Shown here: positions 37,362-51,323 of the stretch, one piece after another
How the letters are laid out: the number at the start of each line of letters is the position of its first letter
Position numbering within the stretch: the stretch's first letter is position 1
Assembly: GCA_048013815.1 (NCBI GenBank)
Contig: CM106585.1
Span: forward strand, 14,322,001 to 14,386,000
Direction of reading: 5' to 3'
Source of the DNA: Setoptus koraiensis
Taxonomy: Eukaryota > Animalia > Arthropoda
Length of the DNA: 64,000 bases
Notes under the pieces: model-generated
What the model was told of the DNA's origin: nothing
The model's database searches: none
The model's input: the letters and a program-made list of their open reading frames with translations, nothing else
Program-made: the position numbers and the translations under genes

Positions 37362-40300
37362 CTTGAGCGAGCCGATTAATTAACTGGCCAGACGCCACCG
37401 GCCAGACGCCACGTGCACCGGCACTCACAATTGGCGAGGTGTCACCGGCGAGCGATTTCGAGCTATTTTAATTGGCGCAACGTGCCCCTCAATTCGCACA
37501 CGGCATGCACCACGTCTCTATAGTGCTACAGTGTTGCCAATCGGATCTGCCGCCATACTTCCTGTTTGAGTTTGTGTGTGTGTGTGTGTGTGTTGATATC
37601 TCTGACAAAGCCTCGTGAATACAAGCTAGCTGAATATAACGCTGGCCCAATATAGCGCTAAATATGAGGCTCCACGTGGCAGCACAATTGGCGCACAGGG
37701 ACACGTTTTGAGCTGTTGGCACGCGCAACATTCATTTGCATAATTGATACGACGATATGTGTGAGGGAGTGTTTATTTAAGCGTGGCCAACATGACTTAT
37801 TTCGACTCAACTAACTTGCATTGTACTGGCCGGCGCGTATAATATAACTAGAATAGCTATCGTGTCACCGTCGGCAAGTGTCAGCCGAGCGATATGTCGT
37901 CGAGTCGTGGTATCTTGGTGCGACGAATTCAGTTCGAATGGCGTATGAATAAGTGGCCTCTTTGAGGATTTGGGCCCTTATCTATTTATACGGCCACATG
38001 CGATATGCGATATAATTATCACGTAATTTTCGATTCATGTCATGTCATTTATTTATGTCATTTATTTATGTCATTTATGTGTGCCGCTGGTGAGTCGAGT
38101 GTCCACTAGTGATTGTGTCATTGTCGTCGTCGTTGCTGTTGCTGTTGTTATCTAATACGTGCTATTACGTAACTTGCTATGGCTTGATGCTGCTTGTTCA
38201 CAGTTGTTGCGCAATCACAACCATCACCGGCCCTTCTAATGATTGCCCGTCTATCTATTGTTGACAACTTCTCTCTACTTTGTTATGTATGTGTGGCTGG
38301 TTATTAATTAGCGCTTGCCTGAGCTTGACAAAACTAGACTCAAAGTTGTGGTGTGTGCTTTTCAAATCGATTGTTGGACCGTTGGAAGGGCAATTGACAC
38401 AAAAAGAAATAACATGGCGCAGTTTGAAATGTTGTAACGACGACTGGGTGTCATTAATGCTGTCTATTATTGCATCTGCTTGCATATACAACAAACATAA
38501 CAGATATGAACAGAGAGAGAGAAAGAAATTATTTTAAGTCGTCGCCACTGAACGGGCCGCCGCCGCCGCCGTGAGCCGACAAACAACAGCAACGACAGCA
38601 ACAACAGCAACAACAACGACAACAGCGAGCAATGAGAGTCTCGGGCGGGGAGTTGCCACTGCTAATGATGAGCCCGAGCTCGCCAAAACGCGCTGAAATG
38701 CCAAGCTCGACTCGGCGGCTTAGCTTGCCAAAACAAAACAAAACAAAACGTGAGCATGGTTGGGGCCGAACGGCAAGTGCGAACGGCGATGCAATTGGAA
38801 ATTGCTCAAGTTGCTGCTGCCGTGTGAGCTGCCGTAAAAGAAGCAGCAAAAACATGAGATAAGCATGAGACGCCTTGATACAATCTCAATGTTTCTCTTG
38901 CCACCATTATCTGTCTGTTGTGTGTGCCCTTTACGGGCTCTTGTTTGCGGCAAGCTCCCGATTTACATGACACACACAACTCACACAAAATTGTGCGGGC
39001 CAACAATCATATCGCACACACGGCACTGTGCAAAGTGTATTTCGCATGTTATTTCACATCATCATCATATAAATAAAAGCGATTTGCATAACGCAACTAG
39101 GCGCTTTTGTGTTGTGTTTTGCGTTGTGTTGAATGGCGCTCTCGCTCGTTGCCAAACGCCACCCAAGTGACACACCGGTCGCCCTGCATGAATGTGGTTG
39201 CTCGCCACAGAAAGAATTGACATGCCAATAGGAAAATATTCGTCCGCTTTCGTTGGATATTTTAGCGTATTTTCGCATTCTCGTATTTTCGCCTATTTTT
39301 GCCAAAATACGCCGAAAATGCCCAAATGCGACACGGCGACATTGCGAGCGAGCCAACGCGTTGCGTTGCGCGCACACAGCAGCACTATGAGCACCTAGCG
39401 ACTTTGCGACTTGGCACGCCAGCCCGACAACAGCAGTGCTGTCGCGCCCCCTAGTTGCGCCCAGCGAAACACGACGGGATAGCGATCCGCACCGCGAGCG
39501 ATCCGCACCGCGAGCGATCCGCACGATAAGCGACAAATCTGAATCTTATCCGCCGAGCATTGCGCCAAACATGTCGCTGTTGGCCGCGCGATACACCTGA
39601 GCAGTCAGGGCCAATAAATGGCTGTCTTATACGCTGGGTCGTTGGTTGGTTTATTGGGGGGCGCCAGCGAGCCGTCACTGGCCAGAGCATGCGAGAGAAC
39701 GCGCCTGAGAATAAGCGGCTCCGAGAATAAGCGGCTCCGAGAATAGGTGAGGCTGAGGATACGTGAGTCTGAGAATTCGTGAGAGAGGCACCAAAAAGTG
39801 CATAAAATATATAGTGATACCAATGCTGCGAGACAAGATTTATGATTGTGTTGCCGGCGGTGAAAACGAGATGTGCCAGCGCAATCTTTTTTCATTTTTT
39901 GACAGCAGTTCAATTGGTGGGGCCCGACGCAAGTGCGGCGCCCGCGCACCCATTCAATACATGATTGATAAACGATTGAGGCGGGGGCCGCTTCGTCTGG
40001 CCCGTCTCCACAAACAAGTTTGTGGGGCCGTCCGCTAGTGGGCGACTAGAGGCAACTGGAGCAGCCAACACAATGGTATCGCGCAGTTGCAGTTGGCGCA
40101 GTTAGGGGGCCCTTTGCCGCCGACATCAGTGCAATAGTAATGCGAATTGGGGGTGCCGAAGCAAGAATGCGATTGATAAGCCAGGTATGTCACCATCAGC
40201 CAGTTTGGCCGGCCTATTCACAGTGGCGCTCACAGCGGAATCAGTCATCTCCGACGGGGGCGACACTCTAACGGACAAACTCAGTCGGCCGGCGTCTCGG

Positions 40301-43300
40301 GCATTGCGGGCCTCTTAAGTGGCCTCTGTCAATCACTTAAGTATCTGGCGCGCTGACTTTCTCTCCGTCTGTCTCGTTGCCAAGATAATGGATCAGACAG
40401 TGTGGCCCCACGCACAATGGGCCCCACACCAATGCTGCCAATTGGTGGTGCCAGTCGCCAGATATTGGCGGCATATGTGGCGCGCGGCGCCACCAACGAT
40501 TGTTGTTCAAACAATTGCGCGTTCTCCCACGACCGCTCTCCCACTGCCAGTTGGTGGCTGGTCGCCGACTGACAGTTGGTAGCTGGTGGCCGGCTGCCAG
40601 TTGGTACCAGTTAGTCGGTGCCCAAAGTGGTCGGCACCCAGCCGAACAAAGGGGCCCCAGCCGAATCGTCGCGCAGCCATTGATGGATGGAGTCTAATTA
40701 GGCGTCACAACAGCGCCACCAGCAGCGCAAACGCCGAAACAATTGAGATCAGATTAGTCAGAGCGCGTGCTATGTGCCAGCGACAAGCCGCCCAACTGAT
40801 AATGCGCTGCATTACATAACAATAACGATAATAATAATAATAATATCGATCTGTTATGGCGGCTTAGCAGTGTGTCGCTCAATTAACATTAATGCTTAGT
40901 ACCAGCTTAGCTGGGCCGCTCTCGATGGGGCCCCTTGGAGAGTGGGCCCGGCGACAATGGCCGCCGACAATGGCTGGCCAGCGAGACTTAGCCTTCGATG
41001 AATCACACAGATTATTTATTCAACTCACTCGCTTTGTTTTGGGCCCCTTTGTCTCGGTGTTTGCGTTTGCAATACACGAAAATAGACAACATTACGGCCT
41101 ATTATGAATGAATCTCTGCAAAACTCGCTCAACGCATCTCGCGCCCTCGCCGCAGATTGCGACAGCACCCAAGCCGGCGCAAACAAATACCAGCCAGCCA
41201 GCCTTGCCAAAATTATCTCTCTATCAGCTAAAAATGGCTGCTCGCCACTTAACAGAGCAGTGAACAAAAGACAAATTGAGGCGACTATTTTTGTTATTTG
41301 CCCATAGGCCTATTTGGCGCCGAGAGCCAACGGGATCCGTTGAAGGGATAATCGCAAGCCGACGCTGGTGGCGCCATCTCACGCCTGGCCAGAGAGTCTC
41401 AAGGGAAAAGTTTTTTCTCAAACACCATAATAGTATTATGATAATACACACATCGATGATTTATGAAAAATATCAACCAACTCACAACTTAGACGCAGAG
41501 TTAAATCCCGTTAAAATCCGCATGCAACGTATGGCGTACCCCAGGGTGCATCCATTCACATTCACGGGTTTGCGGTGGCCGATAGTCAGTGAAGAAACTC
41601 GCCAGACGAGAACCAGACAATGGTGAGCAAGTCTGGTAGGCATGTCCAGTTTCAATTTGCATATTGAATATTGAGAAAGGGGCCCCTGTGTGGCAGCCAT
41701 TTCCCTGGGCAGGTTAGGGCTGGCTCAGAGGGGCCCCGGGGATTAACATGTGTGCGGAACGGAATTCATGTCAAGATTAATATGATGAAAATGAAAAAAC
41801 GTAGCAAGCGAGGTAATTGGCCCCTATGAGTGGCTCGCTGATTAGGCCACCACATCACATACGCCACATTTACATTGGCGCTAGAGACCTGGGCCAGTGC
41901 AAAGAATCAAAGGCGCTGCTACGAGCTTGGCGAGAATGGAAGTCCCCGTAGAAGAAGGCAACATCGTCTGCTAGACGATGGGCGTAATGTCAGACAGAGA
42001 CAATTTGCCCAAATTTAGTTACACGGTCATCAGATCGGTGCGAATGCACTCGAAAAGATTTCACTGTCCTTCGGAGATTCAAACAAGTCGGAATGGATGT
42101 CGATTCGATTTAATCAGTTGCATGTCTTGCAGACTTGTGACTCATGAGTTATGACAGTTTCTAGGGGCACAAATGCAGCACACGTTCGCCTGGCCTCTAT
42201 CCTCTGGCCCAGTTTAATGTAGTGCAAAAATGTATACAGTTTGCTACATTCGAAATTACATCTATCGTTAGATTTATCCGTGTGCAAACATCGTATTGCG
42301 ACTCAAACAATTACGTTTGTGGATGCTGGCCACGAGATTCCGGCTGGCTCTGTTTATCCTGTTTCGCTGGATGGAAAAATTTATAATTCAATTCATGCGC
42401 CAGAAATTTGTCACATTAGTCATGCTTTGCTCGGCTGGCTCGGGTTCACACAAGCGATGTATGTGACCCAAATCAGCACAAAACCAAACACAAACATTGC
42501 CCGTGTGTGGGTCCGGCCCGAATCATGCAACCAATTTGGCCGCCAGCATGATTTGGGCCAGCGCGGCCAGGTGTCGCCCCGTGCCCCGCACGCAAACTCC
42601 CCTCGAAAAGCTGGCCGGCCGAGCTGGCAATATGGGTGCCCCATTGGAACAATTGGTCACCCATATTGCCCATGTTCGAACTGGGTGCAGCTCGCAGTGG
42701 GCAGAGAATCGTAAATCAATTGAGTGCACTCGTTGGGGCGCACATTTTCATATTTTGGCCCCGCTCGGCCGGACAAAATATGCCGGACAGGCTGCATGGA
42801 CGACAGCTGGAATAAATTGGACGATGCAAAATGAGGCCGAAACGACGATCGAACGCACAGCGTCGCAGTCAAATCGATTGTCGCTTCGATTGAGCTTGTC
42901 AAGATCAAAGTGCCAAATTCAAGTTCGAATCGCCAACCGTCACTGATTCGCAACAATCCGGGCGAGAGGTGGCAGCATATGACACAAATATGCTGCAAAT
43001 ATTATCGTCGTTATATTATATTGGAGCCGGTTGTGGCGCGACCGTTCAGTGACAGGAAAAGCCAGCTTAAATTAATGAATTTGTATCTCTTGGTATCGTG
43101 TCATCGATCGTCACAGGATCTTCGACAGGCGCAATCTACAGTGAGGCTCGCAAGGGTATCGACATGCAATAATTTATCTGTTTATTGCAACAACAAAAAA
43201 AGTGGGCAAATAAATAATGAGAATTCGTGCTCGGCTCGCCAACGTAAATCGGGCACAATTCTCGAGATGCCTTGCGAGTTTTTTGCGCCAGCTAACTAGG

Positions 43301-46274
43301 TTTGCTTGGTGTCATTTTGAGCGTTGCTACGACCACCAGACAGCCAGCAACAATGACGAAATATTTACAACAACAACAACAACAAAAATTTCGAGAGCCA
43401 AAAAGAAGTTAAATAAACATATCTCGAGCACGACAAGCGGGTCGCCGGCTCGAGAAGGGGCCCAAGGGGGGCCCAAAAGAACAATCGAACGGTACCGACC
43501 GACAGTTTGCAATATCGGAACAAGAGGGGCAATGCGGAAATAGGTTTGCGCGTTGCCGCTGTAAACTACATCGAGATGGCACAATGGAACAAGTGAGGCC
43601 GGTTTCGCGCCGAGGGTGCCAAGAAGCGACAGCGAGGGCCGACAACAAGAGGCGACGACGAGGCGCGCCAGAGAGAAGCAAAAACATAAATAATCATATC
43701 ACAATCATATATTTTTTCTATTATTGGAAGAATGTTTTTTGTTCATTTGAGATTAGGTGGGCGAAGTGCGTGTTATATTGTTGAAAATGTAAAAAAATGG
43801 AATAAATCTATCGCTAGCGACCATGGTTGGCGTTGGAGAGTGAGCAACCACGAGATAGCGACTCACTATTAGAGATATAGCGTCGGACAAAGAAGTAATA
43901 ACACTTTTGGTGGCGTCTCGCGCAGTTGCGCTTGTGATTGCAGCGACAGCCAGCAGAGCGACAGAGCAAAGCAAATAGCGGCTCGTTAGACAGTCGCTGG
44001 CACGCCGGGGGAGCCCCAGAAGCAGCCCAAAAGGAGCCCCAAACGAGGGCCCAATTGCTCGATTTTGTGGGATGGGCGGTGGCGGGGCGAGCGGCTCGTG
44101 TGTTTGTTTAGCGGCCCGCGAGTGAGCCGGCGAGGGCGCCAATAAACAATAAGTAAAAAACGCACAATATTTTGTTGTTTCGAGAGAAAAGGGGCCAAAC
44201 AGAGAACGGGGGCCGGCGAGTGAGAAGGGCGAAAAAAGATTCGCGGCGTTTCGTTCCGTTTCGTTTGCGTTTGCATCCGTTTGTTTGGCTGCGTATTGCG
44301 CAAACACACGCGACAAGGGTGCGTCGTCTCGGATTTGTGTGTCAAGGTGAGCATGTCGACGACAGCGACAACAACCGAGCAATCGGCATGAGATCGGCGC
44401 CGGGCGGCAAAAAACGGCGACGCATTCTCCATTTCGCTTGATGGAATTCTGCGTTGGCGGGCGCACCAAGTTGCGTCACCGTTGCCTCTGGCTGGCGGCG
44501 ACAACTAGCGCCGACGAGCGAGCCAAAAACAGAGCGACTGACAACACTTTTTTTTATTGGCTTTTGCTCGCTGTTTGTGTGCTGATTCTCTGATTCTCTA
44601 ATTCGCGGATTCTTTGATTCGCGGATCCGCTGATTCGCTGACTCGCTGACTCGCTGATTCGCTGTTTGTCTGATTGTTGTTGCGTCGTCTCGCGGCGCCC
44701 GCAATGGTGTCATTGTCGGCCGGTGACTGCGCTAACAACTAACGGCATAACGGCATTTACAATCATAATTGCTGCCAACGAGATTGCAAAAAATGTTAAT
44801 TGTTTGACGCTCTAGGTGCCCGTCGTGTCTCATCACAATCATACTGAGCGAGCGACTGGAAATGGCGAAATGATGATATCGTTGCGACGCGGCCCCTTTC
44901 GCTGCTGCGGGCCCGCAACGGCGGCGCTCATATAAAACAAAAATATGCGCTCTCAGACGAGACGACGACGACAACAACAACTTTTGCGCCAGCAACAACA
45001 ACAACAGCAACAGCAGCAACAACGACAACTTTTGCGCCACAACGGAAGCCGGCAACAACTAGCGCTAAGTGCACACACAATTACATAATTAGCGCTCGTA
45101 TCATTGTTAATTGGGCCCGCCGAAGCGCTGGCTGGCTGGCTGGCTAGCGGAGCGGCGCTTTAAACTTGGCCGCTGGCGCCAACTGACTGGCTAATAACAC
45201 TAATTCTTTGATAGATTACACTTGTGCAACCGACGCAACAAAAGCGAAATCGCGCACTGGCAACCAATGCGAAACGGCGCTCGCTGCTGGATTTTGTTGC
45301 TGGATTTTGTTGCTGGATTTTGTTGCTGGATTTTGTTGCTGGATTTCGCTGCTGGAATTAGCCGGCTGCGAACAGTAGCTGCTGCGAAATCGCACTTTTT
45401 CTCGGCGCACAATGGGCTCGATCATTAGGCGACATTGTGCCGCTTATTATGTAACCGGCTCAAATTCGACCTCAGCCAGCACAGACTCGACAGCGAGCGG
45501 GCGAGACTCAATTGTAATTGTAACTCGCTAGGCACAATCTTGCAAGCGCAGATTGCGTCAGTGCGCATATATCACAGTTACGTATATATCACACAAATAC
45601 ATGTGTGTGATATATGATAATATACGATGATAATATACGATGATAATAAAGGAGACACAAGGCACAAAAACATGATGACGGCAATAATGTAAGCGATAAT
45701 TTAATTTTGATAAAAAGCAACTCGCTCCAATCGGACGGTAGGCGGCGCGCCACTGTCGGCTCAAGCGCGGGCGCCACTGTCGGCTCAAGCGCGGGCGCCA
45801 CTGTCGGCGCAATTGTGGACGCAACTGTCACTGGCAGTGGCGCAATTTACAGTGCAAAGTTTACACTGTGTGTAACTGCACCGTCTGTAAGTGATATCAG
45901 CCAGTGATCACATTTGCTCACTGAGCAGCGCCGTCACATAGCGACGCACGCGACTTGGCCAATGTCGCTAGGTGCCCGCGCCGCGACCTGTGACCTGCAA
46001 CAAACTGACTGTCGCAAACAAGTTTCAATAAGTAAACAACAACAACACGCCTGGCTAACCCCGTATAATGGAGCCAGCAAACATCATTATCGAATGCACC
46101 GCAGCCTCTCAACTGTCTTGTCCATCGTCCATTATTAATGCCCTCATCTCATCAAGCTCGCACCGCGCCGCGAATTGCCACTGCCGCCGCGCTGTTGCGC
46201 AACGTCTCCGCTGGGCCCACTTGGCTCTGACGAAACACTGACATGTTGTCGTTGTCGCCACTGTTGTTGCGTCA

Positions 46275-46291
46275 CAGCGTCAAGTATGAAG

Positions 46292-46339
<48 letters not shown>
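46275..46339 (+). repeat. (CA)n microsatellite
   Basis: Direct reading. Confidence 0.95.
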
Positions 46340-46362
<23 letters not shown>

Positions 46363-49300
46363 TTAGTTCATAGTGCCACTGCAGTGCAATTACATAACTG
46401 GGTGGCGCCCTCTGGGGGAGGCCGACTGCGCCACTTGTGTGCAAGTGGCGCAAATTTGTTGCAGTGACAGAGATAATAAATTTGCGACGAAATTTGTTCA
46501 AGTGGGCGCCCGCTCCAACAAGAGTGTCCGGCCGACCACAAGCGGCCCGTCGAGGGCCCCTCAGTCACCGGCAGCCCGCTGCTTTCAAACGCCGGTTCAG
46601 CCGACAACGAGAGCGCCGGTTCAACTTGTCGTGCCTCACAAGTTTTGTTGGGCCTCGTTGTCGGCGGTTGGCGTCGGGCCGCGTTTGCAAATAATTGCGC
46701 ACCGGCCCGCAGCCGGCATCGTGGGCATCATTTTACAGCAAATAATACCCCGCGCAGATGATTATCATGTAATCCGTTACTTCGCTTCCGCGTGTCGTCG
46801 CCGGTCGGCCCAATTGTGCCCAGCCGGCCAGCAGCGCTGACCAATCTGGCCAGATTAGCGCCACCCTACAACCATTGGACAACACCTCCGACTGGATAAT
46901 TGTTGACATGGGACTTGCTTGCGCCACACGCGCTGGCCCCACTTGCCACAACAATCCGCTTGGCCCATTCTAGAGCCAATTCTGTCCGCTGGGGCATTGT
47001 TGTCGCAACACAATGACAATGCCAACTGCCGGCTTGCTACAAAAATACTCAACTACTACACACTTATTGTAACCCTCTGCCCGCTCCCTCGCTCCCTTCA
47101 TCGCCTTCAATCTGTGGCTCGCGCTGCCTCAATCGCGAGCCGGCTCAGTGTTACCCATGGGTAATTACAAGATTGCGGATCTGTCGCTCTCTGAGGACAC
47201 AACCGATATGTTGTGCAGTTGAGAGGGGCGACGACACAGAGACAAATTCATGCAAGCGCCATGTTCACGTGTGTACGTCGGGGCTTGCCATTTCAATTAA
47301 ACACGGGCCGGCTAATGGGCCATTTGTCTCCACTGGCGGCTGATAGCTCAACTAGGGAGCGCCGCTGCGAGGGGCGCCATCAGAGCGCGGCCCGATCGGG
47401 CATCTTGCGGAATACACGGGCAGCACAATTTGAGCATACAAGTTGTTGTATGATACAACAACAACCAGCAAAAAAAAAAAAAAAAAATAAGCGCAATTCA
47501 ATTGTGTCGTCGGCAATCCGTCATTGGCTGACAACGCGGACCATACGCCAGCCGTTGCACTTTGCCCGATTGTTGTGCACATTGTAAGTAAATGACCATC
47601 CACCAGGGTGCAGCACCGGATGCGGAAGTACCAGGAAGTGGAAGTGGCGCAACGGCAGCTTGCCATGTTAATGATATGCGCGACACATGATCAGTATTTG
47701 TGTAACACGGCGCAACTCGGCGGCGTAGCTCGTCGGGTACGTGGGCGCGCTGGGGTACCCCTGCGAGTTGCAATGCGTACGTTTTGTTACGCAATTTGTT
47801 TGTTGTTGCGCGTGCTGCGGCTGCTGGTGGCGCCTCTATCGCTGATCATGATCAATAGTAGCGTAATAGTTGAATTATCAAATTCACATCAGCAGCTACG
47901 CGTCGGCATTCGGATAAGACTGGATAAGAGCACGGAATTTGAGGGAGAAAACGACACTAAGTTAGACCAAAATTAATGGTCTAGCCAGCGACGGGCCAAG
48001 CGAGCGACTGCGACGGCGGCCGCTGTTATTATCCGTTGTGTATCGTCACTGATAGGCGAGGCCGCTCGGTAACGAGCCTACAGCGTAAGCCAATAAAACA
48101 AGTTGTTGTTTGTATTTAAAACGACGACGACGACACAAACAATTGCGCAGCTTTACAAAAAGAGCTCGCGCGTAAATCACAAGCGCAAACAATGAGCCGA
48201 ACGCAAAAAGTTCAAATGGGGCCAGCTATGGAGGCCCCTTTTAATCGCTCCATTGATCACTGCCGTGCATTGATCAGCGTCGTGCGTTGATCGGCGCCGT
48301 GCATTGATCGCAGCGAGAAAGGGTGAGAGAGAGAGAGAGAGAGATAAATTAATCAAATGAACGGCGGATATGTGCGCCGCCGTCTAAATAATTGAGAAAG
48401 TGGCGCGCTGATGATTTAGTGCAAAATAAAATTTGAATATTCATAATGGGGCCCGCGCGCCCGGCCGGCCGCCAAATGAATGAGCTTGCTCTAGTGAGCG
48501 GGCCAACCAGTAGAAGGCGCCACCTGTCAGAGGTGCACTGAGCTGGCCATCAATCATCATGATGATGGTAGTAGTAGTGGCAAAAATCATGCTCCTCTAC
48601 CGTACTCTACACTGTATGTCTCTCTATGCCAGTTGCAAATGCTATTACATAACAGTATTACATAACAGTATTGCACAACAGTATTGCACAACAGTATTGC
48701 ACAACAGTGTTACACAACAGTACGCGCGACAACAATAGCACAGGTGAACTGCACAGTGTGCAGCGAAAATGGATAACGAGATTGATAGGTTGCACAGCCA
48801 GTCGGACTCAAAATGATGAGGCCCCGCGCTGGTTTCGCCAGTCTATTAGTGGTGATTAAATGATGCGGCGATGTTATCAATATAACAGTGCAGTTATTTG
48901 GGCGCGTTGCGGCCACTAGATCGATCATGAGCGCTCCAGCGGATCGGCTGATCCCGAGCGGGCTTTGTATCTGTTTAAATCAGCGATGACACCTAATTTA
49001 GTTTAGTGTGTCGCCCATGTTCATAATTGGCACATTAGTTGTACTAACACACTTGACAACAATCGATCAGGGACGCGATTTAGCCGATCCTCTACATGTT
49101 AACAGATCCAGTGGACGATATCGGCGCGGCCCGACGAGTTGTGCGCGCCGGATATAATGGATGCTGATGCGAATTGATGGCCCGCTGACCGGCAGTAAAT
49201 TTGGCCCCGGAATGGTGGGGCGCCAACACTAATATACTGCTAATGTAACACGGACAATGGCTAGTTGGCTCTCTAGTTTCTCTAGAGTTTCGCCAGCGCA

Positions 49301-49394
49301 AGCGTCAGAGATTCGCGGCCCAACTAGCGGGCCAACTAAAGCCGAAATTGGTGACAAAAAATGCATGTGACATAAATGTTGTTTGTGCACTCAC

Positions 49395-49739
49395 CTGAAA
49401 AATTCCTAGTAGCTAACATGGTGGTTAAAATGGCGCCCTTGAGCTTTCTTCGTGCGTTGAACTTCTTCAAGCAATCAACAGTCTCCTGTCTGTGTAGTGT
49501 GGATGCCACCCTTTCTCTGTTCAAAATCCAGGTATGCTTAAGTGCCTCAGAAGCCGTTATTCTTTTGCCAGGGTTCACCTGTAGCATGAGATTAATGAGA
49601 TTCTTGGCTTCTGGAGTGACTGTGTCCCATTCTGGAGTTGGGTAATCGTAGGCCCCATTTTTTATCTGGGCGTACAAGTTGTACTGGTCCTCGTCCCAAA
49701 AGGGTGGATAGCCGACCAGCAAAATGTAGAGGATCACAC
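49395..49739 (-). CDS. CaMKII: CaMKII copy B, exon 2 (kinase C-lobe end, regulatory segment)
   Basis: [18 protein letters not shown]...[32 protein letters not shown]; acceptor AATAG at 49740-49744, donor GTGAGT at 49394. Confidence 0.95.
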
Positions 49740-49937
49740 CTATTTTGATTTATATTTGTGATACATGGATATTATTTATTATTATTTTTCATTCACGAAA
49801 CGAGGCGACACGACGGGCGTTAGTTTAGGGTGCCAGCATTTCAGTTTACGGGACAGCATTGCATTGAGCTTTTGCCAGGTTGGGCCGGATAATTGGGATT
49901 ATCCGATAACATTTAATTAATATTGTCAAGTACTCAC

Positions 49938-50559
49938 CGCATGCCCAAATGTCCACCGGCTTCCCGTAGGGCTCTTTTTTGATCACCTCTGGCGACAAAT
50001 AACCTGGCGTACCCGCAAATCCGTACCAAGCGTGCTGTTCGCCCTGAACCTCGATGGCGAGACCAAAATCGGCCAATTTAACAGCGGCTCCTTTGGCCTT
50101 GCTGGCCAACAACAGATTCTCTGGCTTCAAGTCTCTATGAACAATATTGTTCAAATGACAATGCTGGACACTCTCTAATATTTGTTGAATACAATGCGAC
50201 GCGTCCGCCTCTGAATAGTATTCTCTAGCCACTATGTCTTCAAATAATTCACCACCTGTAACTAAATCAAATATAAGATAATGAAATGCTTCCTCTTGGA
50301 TGGAATCATGTAAACGGACTATATTTTGATGATTTAATTTCCTACAAATGCGCGCCTCACGTTCTAATTTTTGAAAATCACGACTAGACAATTTTTTGGT
50401 GTTTATTATTTTGGCCGCATACTCTTGGCCAGTAGACCGTTTAACGCATCGTTTCACTATGGAGAAGGCTCCCTTGCCCAGCTCATTGAGAACCTCATAA
50501 TTATCACTGAATCTTGTGGTAATAGCGGGCCCAATGCCGCCCTGGCCCGCGTTCGTCAT
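49938..50559 (-). CDS. CaMKII: CaMKII copy B, coding exon 1 (kinase N-lobe to subdomain IX)
   Basis: ATG at 50559; [65 protein letters not shown]; donor GTGAGT at 49937. Confidence 0.96.
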
Positions 50560-50720
50560 TGTCAGCTTGTGTTGTTGTTTGTGTATTGTTGTCGTTCTGT
50601 TATTACTATTATTATTATTATTGCACCGTTGTTATTATTATTAGGTAATGCACCAGCATATGATTGTAATAAATTGTGAGTGTATAATTGAATTGATACT
50701 GTGATCACTGAATCACTGTG

Positions 50721-51323
50721 CTGTGCAATTAATTTTAATTAATTAATAATAATTAGCGATTGGTTGTTGTCGCTGACGAATGAGCAGTGGGGGCTGTAAT
50801 GAGTAGGTATGTGATATTACTATTGCTCGCTAATCGACTATTCAAAAGCAACGCACACTCACACACGCTCTATCTGACCAGTCAGCTGACCGGAATGTCG
50901 CAAACAGCTCGAGGGGTCTAAATGGCGCTGCCTAGACACTGGCTGTCATGTTGAATAGAGTAGCACGATATTAGCTTGATATTGTGTCGTATGGTTGAAT
51001 GGTGTTGTTGTTGGTGGTGGTTGTGGTGATGTCAGTGATTGCGAGTATTGCGTTGTGTTAATTGTTGTATCATGGTTGTGCACTGCACACTGCAACAACT
51101 GCTGTTGGCTGTTGAAAAATTTGCCGGAGCTTGCGTCATTGATACAATTGTAATGCTGCGGCTGCTGTTGTTGTCAATATGGCACAAACACAGTTATGTA
51201 ATGTAAATAATTCTTCTCTAAAATACTGTACACTGTGCCTCTCATAGGTATTTGCGGCCTGAGCAGCTGTGCACAACACAACAGTGTATGAAATCTTTTT
51301 ATTATTTATGATTATTATTTTAC
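50721..51323 (-). other. Possible 5'-UTR intron of CaMKII copy B
   Basis: Donor-like CCAG|GTAAAA at 51323 and AT-rich acceptor TAATTGCACAG ending at 50721 on the minus strand; no transcript support. Confidence 0.3.

Noticed and set aside
42660-42935. GTTCGAA motifs as tRNA T-loops
   Set aside because: No cloverleaf stems or A-box around them.
45745-45810. 24-nt repeats (also 58850, 63443, 26593) as a possible CRISPR array
   Set aside because: Units are directly adjacent with no spacers, there are no cas genes, and the context is eukaryotic.
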